Shown: positions 12,001 through 22,413 of the stretch, piece after piece
Layout: the number at the start of each line of letters is the position of its first letter
Numbering within the stretch: the first letter of the stretch is position 1
NCBI GenBank assembly: GCA_963924565.1
Contig: OZ004608.1
Location: forward strand, 29,326,001-29,390,000
Direction: 5' to 3'
DNA from: Ascidiella aspersa
Taxonomy: Eukaryota
Length of the DNA: 64,000 nucleotides
Translations under genes and position numbers: made by a program
The notes under the pieces: generated by a model
What the model was told of the DNA's origin: nothing
Databases searched by the model: none
What the model saw: the letters and a program-made list of their open reading frames with translations, nothing else

Positions 12001-15000
12001 GGGATCGTCTCTTTACTGACTGCTGAGCTACAGAGGCTCATTGAAGGCTGATCGAGAAACAATCATGGCTCTGTCGCCTACAGCATCTCGTTCGTTGATA
12101 AGGATTCATGTTATAATCTATTTTAACTTTGTTGATGTTTGTAATGCTTAATTCATGGTTAAATAAAATCGATCGCAACTTTAAGGATGTTGGCGCAAGC
12201 AAGACTGGCTTAGAAATAATGAAGACTGGGGTGATGCGTTCGAACTCACGACCTCCCTACATTTATACTGTCACTTAAAAACTTAGCTAATGTATGACAC
12301 CGTTGAATCTGGCAAATACTTTAATCGGTTCGCTTTAAAACAGCAGATACTAACAAAACTCGCGTTGCTTATTTTTGCTTTTTACAAACTAAAAGAAAGT
12401 AAAGAAACTAATGTAAAATAAGTGGTGAATGTGTATTGGGGTATTCTACCCATTGTCCAAAAAGGAGGCAGGGAGTGCCTGATGTCAGTAATTGTTTAGA
12501 CCCAGTCCGTTAGGACAACCATTCTCCCATAAGGAGACGATGTCGCCAGGTAGGGGCAGAGTTGCACATCGGCAGAAAGGATAAAGCTGCGCATCGGCAG
12601 AAGGTTATTGTTTTTACCCTTTTGTTTATGGTGTAAGTGTAATGTCAGTGTGAAAAGTAGTAATTATTTAAGTATTTTACTGCCCCCCAAAAAACGATGT
12701 TACCTAGGGAAAAAATGGCAGGATGCAACCCTTAAGGGCGTTGCTTTGCGAAAACACATAACCCTTATCTGCGATCTAGCTGGAAAAAGCACATGTCGTT
12801 CTACTTGTCCGGCGATATGTATGCCAACGACCAAGAATACGGCTCGGTGCTCGAGCGCTACTGGCTCTCGTCGCGAGGTGTCGCCCTCTACGTACCCCCC
12901 GAAGTACCCCTGCACGTCAGCATAGAAGACGGCCACATTTGCGTCAAAGGTGCCGGGTGAAAACTTGAAAAATTTAGACAATATTTCGTTGTTGTTTTTT
13001 GTTGTAACTGTTTTATAATTTGATTTTATTATTTAATTTCGTTTAATTCGTTTAAACCGTTAGTTGTCAACAGGGCCGGACTAAAGGTACTTTAAACCTA
13101 AGAAACAAAAAGTAGTATCACTACCAGCCTTACAAAAATGTAACCTTAAAAAAATTGAGGGCCGAATCTTCTCAGGGCCTAAGGCTATAGCCTTAGGAGA
13201 AAATTACTCAAGTGCAATTTTTATTGCGGTTGTCATAAGCAAATTAAATCGATTGACAATAATCTAAGACTTAGCCTAGAAGCAAGACTTTTGTTATAAT
13301 AAACAAAAGTAAATTATTAAGATTAAGAAAATTAGGCAAAATGGTTTGTGTCACTAGGTGGCATACGTGACCATTAAAGTTTGAAAACCACTATTTTGAA
13401 TATCGATTTTTTTCTACTGCGATGCTGCTAAATTTCAGTTGTTTACATGTCATTTTTGCTTTATCAGTAGTCAGTACAAGGGTATTGTGCTGTCCAGCCC
13501 TATACCTCTTCACCAACACACACAAACATTTCCCACTTTATATTACGTTACATACAGCGTATACCTTTAACGAGGATTCGATAAAAAGTAAAAACTGCGA
13601 TGAAAAGTAAATACAGCATTAAAAGCAAATCTATAATTTATTGCTTTGTTACACTACTTTGCTGCTTTCATTCACCAAAAATTGTTTCTACAGCTGTGGT
13701 TTAAACCGAATTACATTTTAAAGGTTCGTACTCTGACGTTTATTCCAAGTCTACATCGACCAATCACATGTTGCGCTACATTCTCTGCTTCGGGCAATCA
13801 CCACAACAAACTCACGAGTATATACTTCAGGTTCGTTTTTTTACAGATACTTTGAAATGTTGACGGCAATAAATTATAAAGATTTGTCATCGTTTAACGA
13901 GGTGAAGGCTATATAATTTTTGCGCATATAGACTGCAAACAATTTTTTTAATTCGGATGTACGTCTTTTTGGCTCCACAACAAAATGCAAATCCATATAA
14001 GATTTAAGATGTACTATTTTTAGCCATTTACAGGGCTGAGGTTTGAACATACCCCCTCGCCAATGCAAATGCCACGTAAAGACTATAGATCGAAAAATCG
14101 ACGTGAAGGATGGACCAGTCGGTTGTGAAAAATAGCACTCAAAAATAGCTCGAAAAAAAGAATGGACATTTTTTCGCCAATTCTCCCACTTACAGAAGTA
14201 CTTTGCGAGACCGAGCGGTCTGCCCGACTTACGGATGATGAAGTCGCCGATTTGGTCGACGTGGGCCCAGTACAAGCAGGAGATCAACCAGAGCGTGGTG
14301 CTGGAATACGCCCGGCAAATACTTGAGCATAACTTCTCCAACTGTCAGCTGGAGATCGACGATGGGTAGGAAGTCCATGGCTGATTGGCTGTGTTTTGGA
14401 ATAGTCTTCAGCTTGGGTATCCAAAAACATTGTATTTTACTCCGAAATCGGTAGCCGACATTTAGGCAAAAAGTACAATCGTCTGATGTAACTTTATTGT
14501 TAAAATGCTATTTTCTAAAAAAATGCTGTAAAAATTAACAACGCTATGGCTGAAATGTCGAAATTAGTTATTTATCTATTGGCACTGATACTCCCGACAA
14601 AAATACATCACGATACTATATCACAGCGCAAGTTAAGTATAGTTTTTCAAAAACCTTGTACTTAGTCCAAAACAGGCACTTCGGCCCATAGCTCCTGCAT
14701 AACAAGTTCAAACGACGATTAAATTGGACTACGCGTTGCAACTAAATACATTTTACGGTTGCGCTACACGGTACAGCTGGTAACATTTTAGCATGTCGCT
14801 AAAAAGCTTCACTAAAATTACTTCTATTACTTAACGCATATCTGTTGCTTTCGCAGCTAAGTAATATAACACGAAAATTGTGTTGCCTTTATTTTAAAAG
14901 GTTGAGCATAATGTTTATCGAATACTTTAATATTAAGCTATCCAAATTAAAAAATAAAGTCAATCTTTGTCCCTGCGGGAAACCATTTGCATGTAGGCCC

Positions 15001-18000
15001 TACAATGGATTGTAAAAATACCTATTGGATACCTTTGTCAGGTACGAAACCAGATACGGAGATTTCACCTTCGACGAGCAAAAGTTTCCGAACGCGGCTG
15101 AAATGATCCGAACGCTTCACGACCTCGGCTTTCGCGTGACCACCTGGGTGACCCCGTTCGTGAACCCGCGCTCGGTAAACTTTGACCCAGGAGAGGCGGG
15201 CAACCACTTTGTCCTGAACGGCGAAACCGAAAGCACAGGATTAACCGCTTGGTGGAACGGTGTAGGAGCGACCATCGATTACACAAAGAAAGATTCCTGT
15301 GATTGGTCAGTTTTGCCATCTTTGTGAAAATACTTTAGCTGTCATTATCTTATAAATCTTCAAGAACAGAGAGTGGACCAAGATTGCCAAAATCTAGGAT
15401 ACTGGTTTAACACCACGGAATACTAGGGTACCAATACTAAACACTCTGAACCGATACGGCCGCATACTGTAAATCTTAAAGGTGGAATAACATAAGATAA
15501 GATTTTCACCCATGTTATGAGGGTTAGTGAGTTGTATGACACCCATATGCATGTATTGCTGTGTACTGTTTTAATTGCTAGGTGAGTGAAATATCGGGCT
15601 AAGTGATTGGAGCCGGAGGCGGGACTCGACGGATTAGATTAACGATATTCCTTAAATTCTAAGTATTGTGGTTGAGTGGACCTGCGACTGACCATCATCT
15701 CACAAACGAAAGTTACTGGAACGATAATAAGAAGTTATCATGGTCATAATTAGGGGTTTAATTGTACATTCAGATAACTGCCCGCTTTGTAACTACTGTA
15801 AAAAAATAAAAACTTATTAAAACAGTAAAAGGGTGCTTCTCAGATTAGTTCAATGACCGTTCATCGGAAATTTTTGTAAGTGGGACGAAATATCAATGTA
15901 TAGTGACCAGTGTTGTTCATTTTAAAAAGACTTCCCAGTCAAGTCATTTGTAAAATAACTTAAGTCCAAGTCAAGTCTTTTCGAATAATTCCAAGTCAAG
16001 TCCTAGTCAAAGTCATCAGTTGCACAAGTCAAGTCCCAGTCAAGTCATAATTAGAGCAAGTCAACTTCAACTCATGTCCTTGTCATAAAAATAAAACGTT
16101 AAACTATTGGAATTTTTAAACTCGTATGATTATAAACAATAACTGAAATAAAAAATAAGGAAAAAGGAACATATAGCAAGCAATTTGTTTTTTGTGCAAA
16201 AATTGGACAAATAGCTCAATTTAAAAAAAAAATACTTAAAGCAATGCTGTATTTCAACCCAAGTCATTTGTTCAAAAGACTTAAGTCAAGTCAAGTCATT
16301 TAAAAACAATGACTTAAGTGCACACAAGTCATTGACTTAAGTCATTACAACACTGATAGTGACTTACATTTTACAATGTTTGATTAGCCTTAATGTAATT
16401 TGTCTCTGTATATCTCATGTTTAAAACAAGAAAAGGTCAAGATTGAATAATTTTGCAATATAAGTTCTTATTTTACATAAAGGTACGTCGACATTCTGGA
16501 GAAAGTAAAGTCGCAATACGGAGTGGATTCTTTCAAGTTTGACGCCGGTGAAATAAACTACATCACCAAAATCCCGAGTTATAAACTGGGCAAGGAAATG
16601 GACAACTTAGGGCGCTACACACAGTTCTACGCCGAGTGTGCCACCAGGTAAGGGTATATTTCGCGAGCTAACCTTTTAGGTGAGAGTATACGTCTGTGTT
16701 AAAATGTACCACACATAAACACTAGGCGAGAATGGTAAAAGGTTTTGCCCAATTTTTTGGAGTAACATATTTTATATATTTTTAGGAAAATCCAATTTTG
16801 TGCCTAAAACTAAATAAATCGAATCCCCTAGTTGGCTGGAAAAAGTGTTTTCAAATATCACATATTTTTGTTTAAATCTATTTTATTCATTTAAGATGCC
16901 TTCCAAAGTGGACTCAATGATTTTAAATTTGTGATTGTTTGAGTCATGTTATACGGAGATGTTTGAGTCATGTTATACTATTATCTTTCCCGAAGAAAAC
17001 AGACGCAAACACATCCACAAACATCTACTTACTTGAACGCAGATTGGGTACTCAGATCGAGGTTCGAGCTTCTTGGAACAACCAGAACCTCCCGATCTTC
17101 GTGAGGATGATGGACAAAGACTCCAACTGGTCACGCGCCAAGGGTTTGAAGACCCTTATACCCACAGCCCTGACGTTCAGTTTGCTAGGCTACCCTTACG
17201 TGCTGCCTGACATGATCGGAGGTGAAACACTTAGTGGCGACATCGAACTTCTATGGTGTTATGAATAGGATGTCCGCAAATATTTTTCGCAGTGCGCAAG
17301 AATATTTTAAGACTGATTTAGCAGGGGCCCGCGGCAGATCAACGTATGCCGTGAAAATTTTAGTGATGACGTCACAAAGAATTTTACTGCGCAAATGTCT
17401 TGTCTGGCTGCGCAATTGCGCAGTTGCACACCTTAGAGGGAACACTGGTCCGGTGATTTTTGCCAAGTTGCAGTATCGGCATATTCCTCCTATCCTACGC
17501 AGGGTGGTAATACGAGCACATTAATTTGTTTATATTACAACCATTGTTTGTGTTGAACAGTAAATTTAGCAGATAGGAAACCTTTACCAATCAATTTTAC
17601 TTCGTTTTTAAGTTTCGACTTAACAGCATTAGACATTACCTTAACACGTTTCATTTTATCGATTAAACAAGAGTAGGCCTTGTAACGTATAGTAAGTGAT
17701 TTGCTAAACAAGATGATGTTGTTGGTGTTGGAAACTTTTGAAACACGGTGTAAATGCATGTAAAAATCGAATGCCTAACTTGATAGATACAGGCCGGGCC
17801 ATATCTGCATCCTTTATGTTATTAAATTAAAACGATTTTGTGCTTTTTGTGCCCGACAAACAAAATTGATTGGTTGTAGGATAGATAACCTATATGCCTC
17901 GCGAAATTGCAAAACGAAGTCCCCAATCGTTTTCAGGTAATGGATACGAAGCTGGATTTCTCGAAACCCAACTTCCTGAGCGCGAGCTCTTCATCCGCTG

Positions 18001-18454
18001 GCTCGAGATCACGGCCTTCCTCCCCGCCATGCAGTTTTCCTTCACGCCCTGGCAGTACGATGACGTCACCGTTGACGTAGCGCGCAAATACGTCACACTT
18101 CACGAGGAAGTCATCTTCCCGGAAGTAAAGCAAGCGTCGGAAGATTACGTAAACGGTAAGAGTGGTCTGGGTCCGGTTCGTCCAATCTGGTGGGTGACAC
18201 GTGATGACGTCACCGCGTTTCGAATCGATGACGAGTTCATGGTCGGTGACGTCTACTTGATCGCCCCGGTGGTGGAGAACGCCACCCGGTGGCGGGACGT
18301 GTATCTTCCGGGCCCGAAGTTCCGCGACGGATCGAGGATGATCGTGTGGGAAGATCAGCTGAGAGGAGGAGATCCGGTCCCCGGAGGAACCTTGCTGAGA
18401 GATTACCGAGTCGAGTTGGAAGAGGTTTCCTGGTGGAAGCTTACTTTGATTTGA
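9042..18454 (+). CDS. MYORG: Myogenesis-regulating glycosidase-like (MYORG/KIAA1161/NET37), glycoside hydrolase family 31, copy A; 10 coding exons, ~684 aa, N-terminal signal-anchor
   Basis: Hand-spliced GT-AG exons 9042-9200, 9945-10127, 11680-11819, 12780-12949, 13724-13830, 14196-14365, 15042-15305, 16483-16647, 17043-17221, 17937-18454 join in one frame (2055 nt). Motifs: WFGGAE, ERYWLSS, PIWSTWA, LEIDDGY, KFP, WWNG, FKFDAGE (nucleophile), RMMDKDS (acid/base), PDMIGGN, PAMQFS. Hydrophobic N-terminus WLVWVFAAIVLTAGIVMISLG. Confidence 0.93.
9803..9899 (+). mobile_element. 97-bp hAT MITE (internal-deletion derivative of the 32315-33347 family)
   Basis: Termini CAATGTTTCTTAA and TTAAGAAGCACTG. 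Perfect 8-bp TSD GTGTATTG (9795-9802, 9900-9907). Both ends match the larger element at 32315-33347. Confidence 0.8.
11961..12040 (-). mobile_element. Degenerate tRNA-derived SINE head
   Basis: Minus strand reads GCCTCTGTAGCTCAG...GAGGTCGTGAGTTCTTACC (pol III A-box and B-box-like). A second B-box fragment GGAGGTCGTGAGTTCGAAC lies near 12238-12256. No intact cloverleaf. Confidence 0.45.
15908..16355 (-). mobile_element. Complete GACTT-rich hAT MITE (family A) in MYORG-A intron 7
   Basis: TIR CAGTGTTGT...ACAACACTG, perfect 8-bp TSD ATAGTGAC (15900-15907, 16356-16363) and arrays of AAGTC subterminal repeats. Confidence 0.9.
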
Positions 18455-20520
18455 TTTCTTGATTTGTTAAACTCGTGGATGATCTCGCAATGTAAGGTTA
18501 CATTTATCGTTTTTGACTCTTTCGGGAACCGCTTGGAAAGTCTTCTATTTCTAAGCTTGCAAGTAAGCTTTTGTTTAAATTATGTGTTTAACTTAATTTT
18601 GATTTAACTTAAAATTTTACTTCTCATTGTTTTTCGTGTCATAAGAATATCTTTTGTCAAAATATGTTACTGCTTACCGTTATTCGCCATTAAACTTAAC
18701 TGTTAAAGAGCCTGCTAAAATCTAAGCGAAGAAATATAAAATTCTTCGTAACACAGTCCGACAATCTTATATTTGCGCCATAAAGAGAAAACGTTTTTTT
18801 TAACTGCAGAACCTGTCTCCAGATGTAAGAAACAATTAAAGACTCATTGCAATTTCCCACTTCACGGAAATCGTTAGTAAAACGCTAAAGATTTACACGT
18901 TGTGAACTGGGCAAAGCGTTAAATTTGCAAGTAACAAACGCCATTTCTCTCTTGGGGTTTATTCTGCAAAATTCCGTACACATAACCTAAACAAACAATG
19001 TTATTTGTAGGGCGTTGTTTTGTTTTCCGATACCATGAACAGATTAATGTTAAACTTTTAGGATAAAATGTGATAAGTTCGTTTTTCGGGTAATAAAAAA
19101 TGTAAAAAAGTAAGTTTTTTATTTGTAAGAACAAAAAAATGGAAAGGATAAAAGCGGTAAGGTAAACAATACAGCAGATTTTACACTTTTTTTATGTTCC
19201 CAAGCTGGTTATGACTTAAGAATAGGACGATTATTTTTTGACATGTCAAAAAAAGTCAAAAGTATGTCAAAATTTACACTTCAGGTCAAAATTTGTTAAA
19301 ATTATTTCAAGTCAGAATCGAATAAACATGCACATAAATTCTTTAGAAAATGAAAAAAAAACTACAAGTCATCTTTTTAAAATTGTCGTTCAGTTTTTGA
19401 TGTTTTGGTTTATATTCAACAACATTTGAACTGTACTGTACTATATCTTTATTAAAGCAAATATGGTATATAAGCGAGAAGAATTAACCAAGGCTTCTCT
19501 GATTTGGACAAATGTATTGAACAGTAGTTTCTGTCTTTTTTCGCTTGTGATTTGGAATTGTCTATTTCCTGTTTCAAAAACTGGGCCTACATTTTTCTAA
19601 TTTGGCATTTTTATAGTTGTTTAACTGAGTATTTTCATGAGTTTTGCATAAACCCGAAAAATAACTGATTTGTGTTGGACCGGTAATCAGTAAAACATCA
19701 AAAATTTACGACGCCAAGACACACTAATGCAGTACGTTAACAACAAGAGGTTATATAAATGAATGTATTTTTAACAGGTCGAAATTTTGTCAAAATAAAT
19801 TATTCCTCGGTCCAAATTTGTCAAAATTATAATTTTTTAGGTCAAAATTTCCAATTTTTTTGGTCAAAAAATAATCGCCCTAATTTGTTTTAATCATGAA
19901 TGGATCTAATTCAAACAGCTCGATTGTAAATTCACCATAAAATAGCAACGCTGTGAAAAGTTTAGCTTAAACTCCAGTTCTTGAAAATATAACTTCTATG
20001 TTTTGTGACGTTATACCTGCGTACGTTAGCATTGTGCCATTCTGAGGAGAAACTCGTTGAAACGATTTTAACCAAGCGGTCGACGTCAGTTCCTATCAAA
20101 AAGTAATATAATTATAACTGAACAAAAATGCCTAAAACTTACTTTGCAAACAAAAAATAAATGCCAACAACAATACCAGTATTTACACTTTGTTACGTCA
20201 CGCCAAATTTTGCCACAAGGAGTTACAGTAACGTGTTGTGGCCAAATAATTAACAAACGGTCGGGTGAATCTTATATTTAATTGAAAATCAATAGATTTT
20301 TAACACATACAGTGCTTGTAATAAGAAATGGGCGATGAACAATTTTATTGCAAAAGGGCACGGCTACGCTTTTTTTATTAAGAACCGCTGCAGTAAATCC
20401 ACAACATTAATAAACAAAACCAAATATAAAGATAATGAACTGTTTACATTTTATTGAAGAAACATAAGCTACATGCAGCTACAGCTAACCTTTAGGATAT
20501 TTTGTTTTATTATAACTCAC

Positions 20521-21738
20521 TAAGTTTGCGATAATAACTTTGGTATTGATACATTGTTGGTGATAAATTGGTCGATAACCTCCTTGAAAAGGTTTGTATT
20601 ACTTCAAATTCCCTTTCTGTGCTCTTCCACCAGTCAACCTCTCTTGTCATCAGAATAATCTAGTGCAGAAGTTACACGTTATTGCGTTCAAACCTAAAAC
20701 ATTTAACTCTCTACCTGGTTGTCCTATATTTTCTTTTGACTCAGTCTTTAACTTTGATAATATACTTGTAATGTAGCTTTTATATTAAAGGTAACACATC
20801 TCAGAACTTAAAATAAACAAAACTATGTGATGTTCATAACTTCTTTATGACGTCATGTTTAGATGTAACTTTGTAGCGTAACGTTATTACGTAACTCTGT
20901 GTCGTCATCTCTGAAACAATCATGTACCATCCACCCAATTAAAAATCCTGAATCCGCGTCTGTAAAGGACTTGGCAACTAATTCACCTTTCTTTTAAGAT
21001 GGCTTAGTTATATTTAGTGGTTAACTCGTATAATTTCTTAATTTACTTTCTAAGGTAAAATCCTTGCGGTTAGATCACTAAAAAGTATTGGAACAACACT
21101 GAACTTTCCGGGCACCATAAATACCGTTGTAGTGAAGAAAAAGTGACCACATCGTGTCAGGTATCGGCTCCGATCCGATAATATTGGACATGTTGAACTA
21201 CAGCTGGCCGTCTAAGCAGAACCAAACTCCCGTTACAGGTTTAAGATAGAGCGGTTTTGGAATAGGTGGGATCTCGCTTGTGTATTGCGTGAGCAAGCAT
21301 TAATAAATGGTCGGATTCAGCCGGTTCTATAAAACCGTCTGACGAAATTTTATGAGATCAGCGAGCCGGTTATCATTTTTGCATCTTATCTAATACACCG
21401 ATTTTTGAGATACAAGTGGCTCACGTGTTTATTTTTCAAAATGCATCTGAGCGTGACTGGTCACTCAAAACTCATAATTATTACCCTTGAATCGGAGAAG
21501 GCCCTGTGGATTTCATCCCAAAAGAAACATCCCGGCACGTCGGCAACGGCGTCCACGTTGGAAAACACTGTAGACGAAAGTCTTCGGTGCTTCCTCCCGC
21601 CTTGAAGATCCCCTCTCACTGTAATCCGAGGTAGTTGTATTGCTCAAAAAAACCGTACACTTCGTACCCAAGTTCGCTTGGAACAGCCGCCATTGTCTTG
21701 GTGCCGGTCTTGCACGTTCCAGCGCATATCACCATCAT
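20521..21738 (-). pseudogene. Sulfotransferase-like (Sulfotransfer_4, P-loop) pseudogene, two recognisable exons
   Basis: Exon 21738-21485 reads MMVICAGTCKTGTKTMAAVPSELGYEVYGFFEQYNYLGLQ*EGIFKAGGSTEDFR, then after a frameshift VFSNVDAVADVPGCFFWDEIHRAFSDSR|GT. Exon 20659-20521 reads IILMTREVDWWKSTEREF...LSPTMYQYQSYYRKL|GTGAGT. PAPS-binding motif VICAGxxKTGT and the DAVxDxP motif are present. There is an in-frame TGA at 21616-21618 where Trp is expected, plus the frameshift. Confidence 0.8.
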
Positions 21739-22413
21739 TATTCTTTCGGATTTCTTGCAAGCGAACCTATAACGTAAAGCTGCAATATAAATCAACTTGC
21801 AGGATAGATTTAAATATAACATGAACGAATGACAAGTTAACTTGTTTTGGCCCTGTTATTCTTTTACAACTCGGCTAGGATCTTTGTGCACTGTGATTGT
21901 TTTGAGACCTTGACTTGACTCAAACCTCAAGTATCTAGGTGATGCCTGTAATCCTGTAGAGAAGTTGTTCCCACTCTATATCGGTTTAGGAGATTCTACA
22001 GAAAAGTTAAATACGCGATTGTTTTGGGGGCTGTAATTTTATACAAACAATCTCTAGTCTAGAAGCTTGCCCATAGAGCAAAAATTTAAATACTATAGAA
22101 TCAAAAATAACTCTCGGCAGCTTGAGCCATAAAAACGACAACCTGGTTGGGGACAACTGCTGTGTCTCTTCAATATTCAGCCCTAAATGACTATGTTAAA
22201 TAGAGACCAGCCTATCTTAATAAATAGAATCCCAAAGCAACTCAAGTTTCAATTGCCCACTCTTGCTCATTACACATGTTTGCATTTAAACTATAACTTT
22301 TCAACTTCCTTTTTACACTACAATTTCAAAATCAAAACAAACTTTGTTTTAATCTAAACAGCACAAATTAGGCGCACACAAAATCTCAATAAATAAATAA
22401 ATCTAAACGAAAA

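Noticed and set aside
11961-12040. Functional tRNA gene
   Set aside because: The B-box is degenerate and no complete acceptor or anticodon stems form, so it is treated as a SINE relic.
13874-14341. 155-aa minus-strand ORF and its twin at 26446-26655
   Set aside because: Both are antisense shadows of MYORG exon 6. Their similarity just reflects the homogenised exon.
18919-18986. Possible third exon of the sulfotransferase pseudogene (SYVYGILQNKPQERN...)
   Set aside because: Acceptor and phase fit, but similarity is too weak and it stops early without the family's diagnostic motifs.
21616-21618. In-frame TGA as selenocysteine or read-through
   Set aside because: It replaces an expected Trp (single TGG>TGA change) and is followed by a frameshift, so pseudogenisation is simpler.
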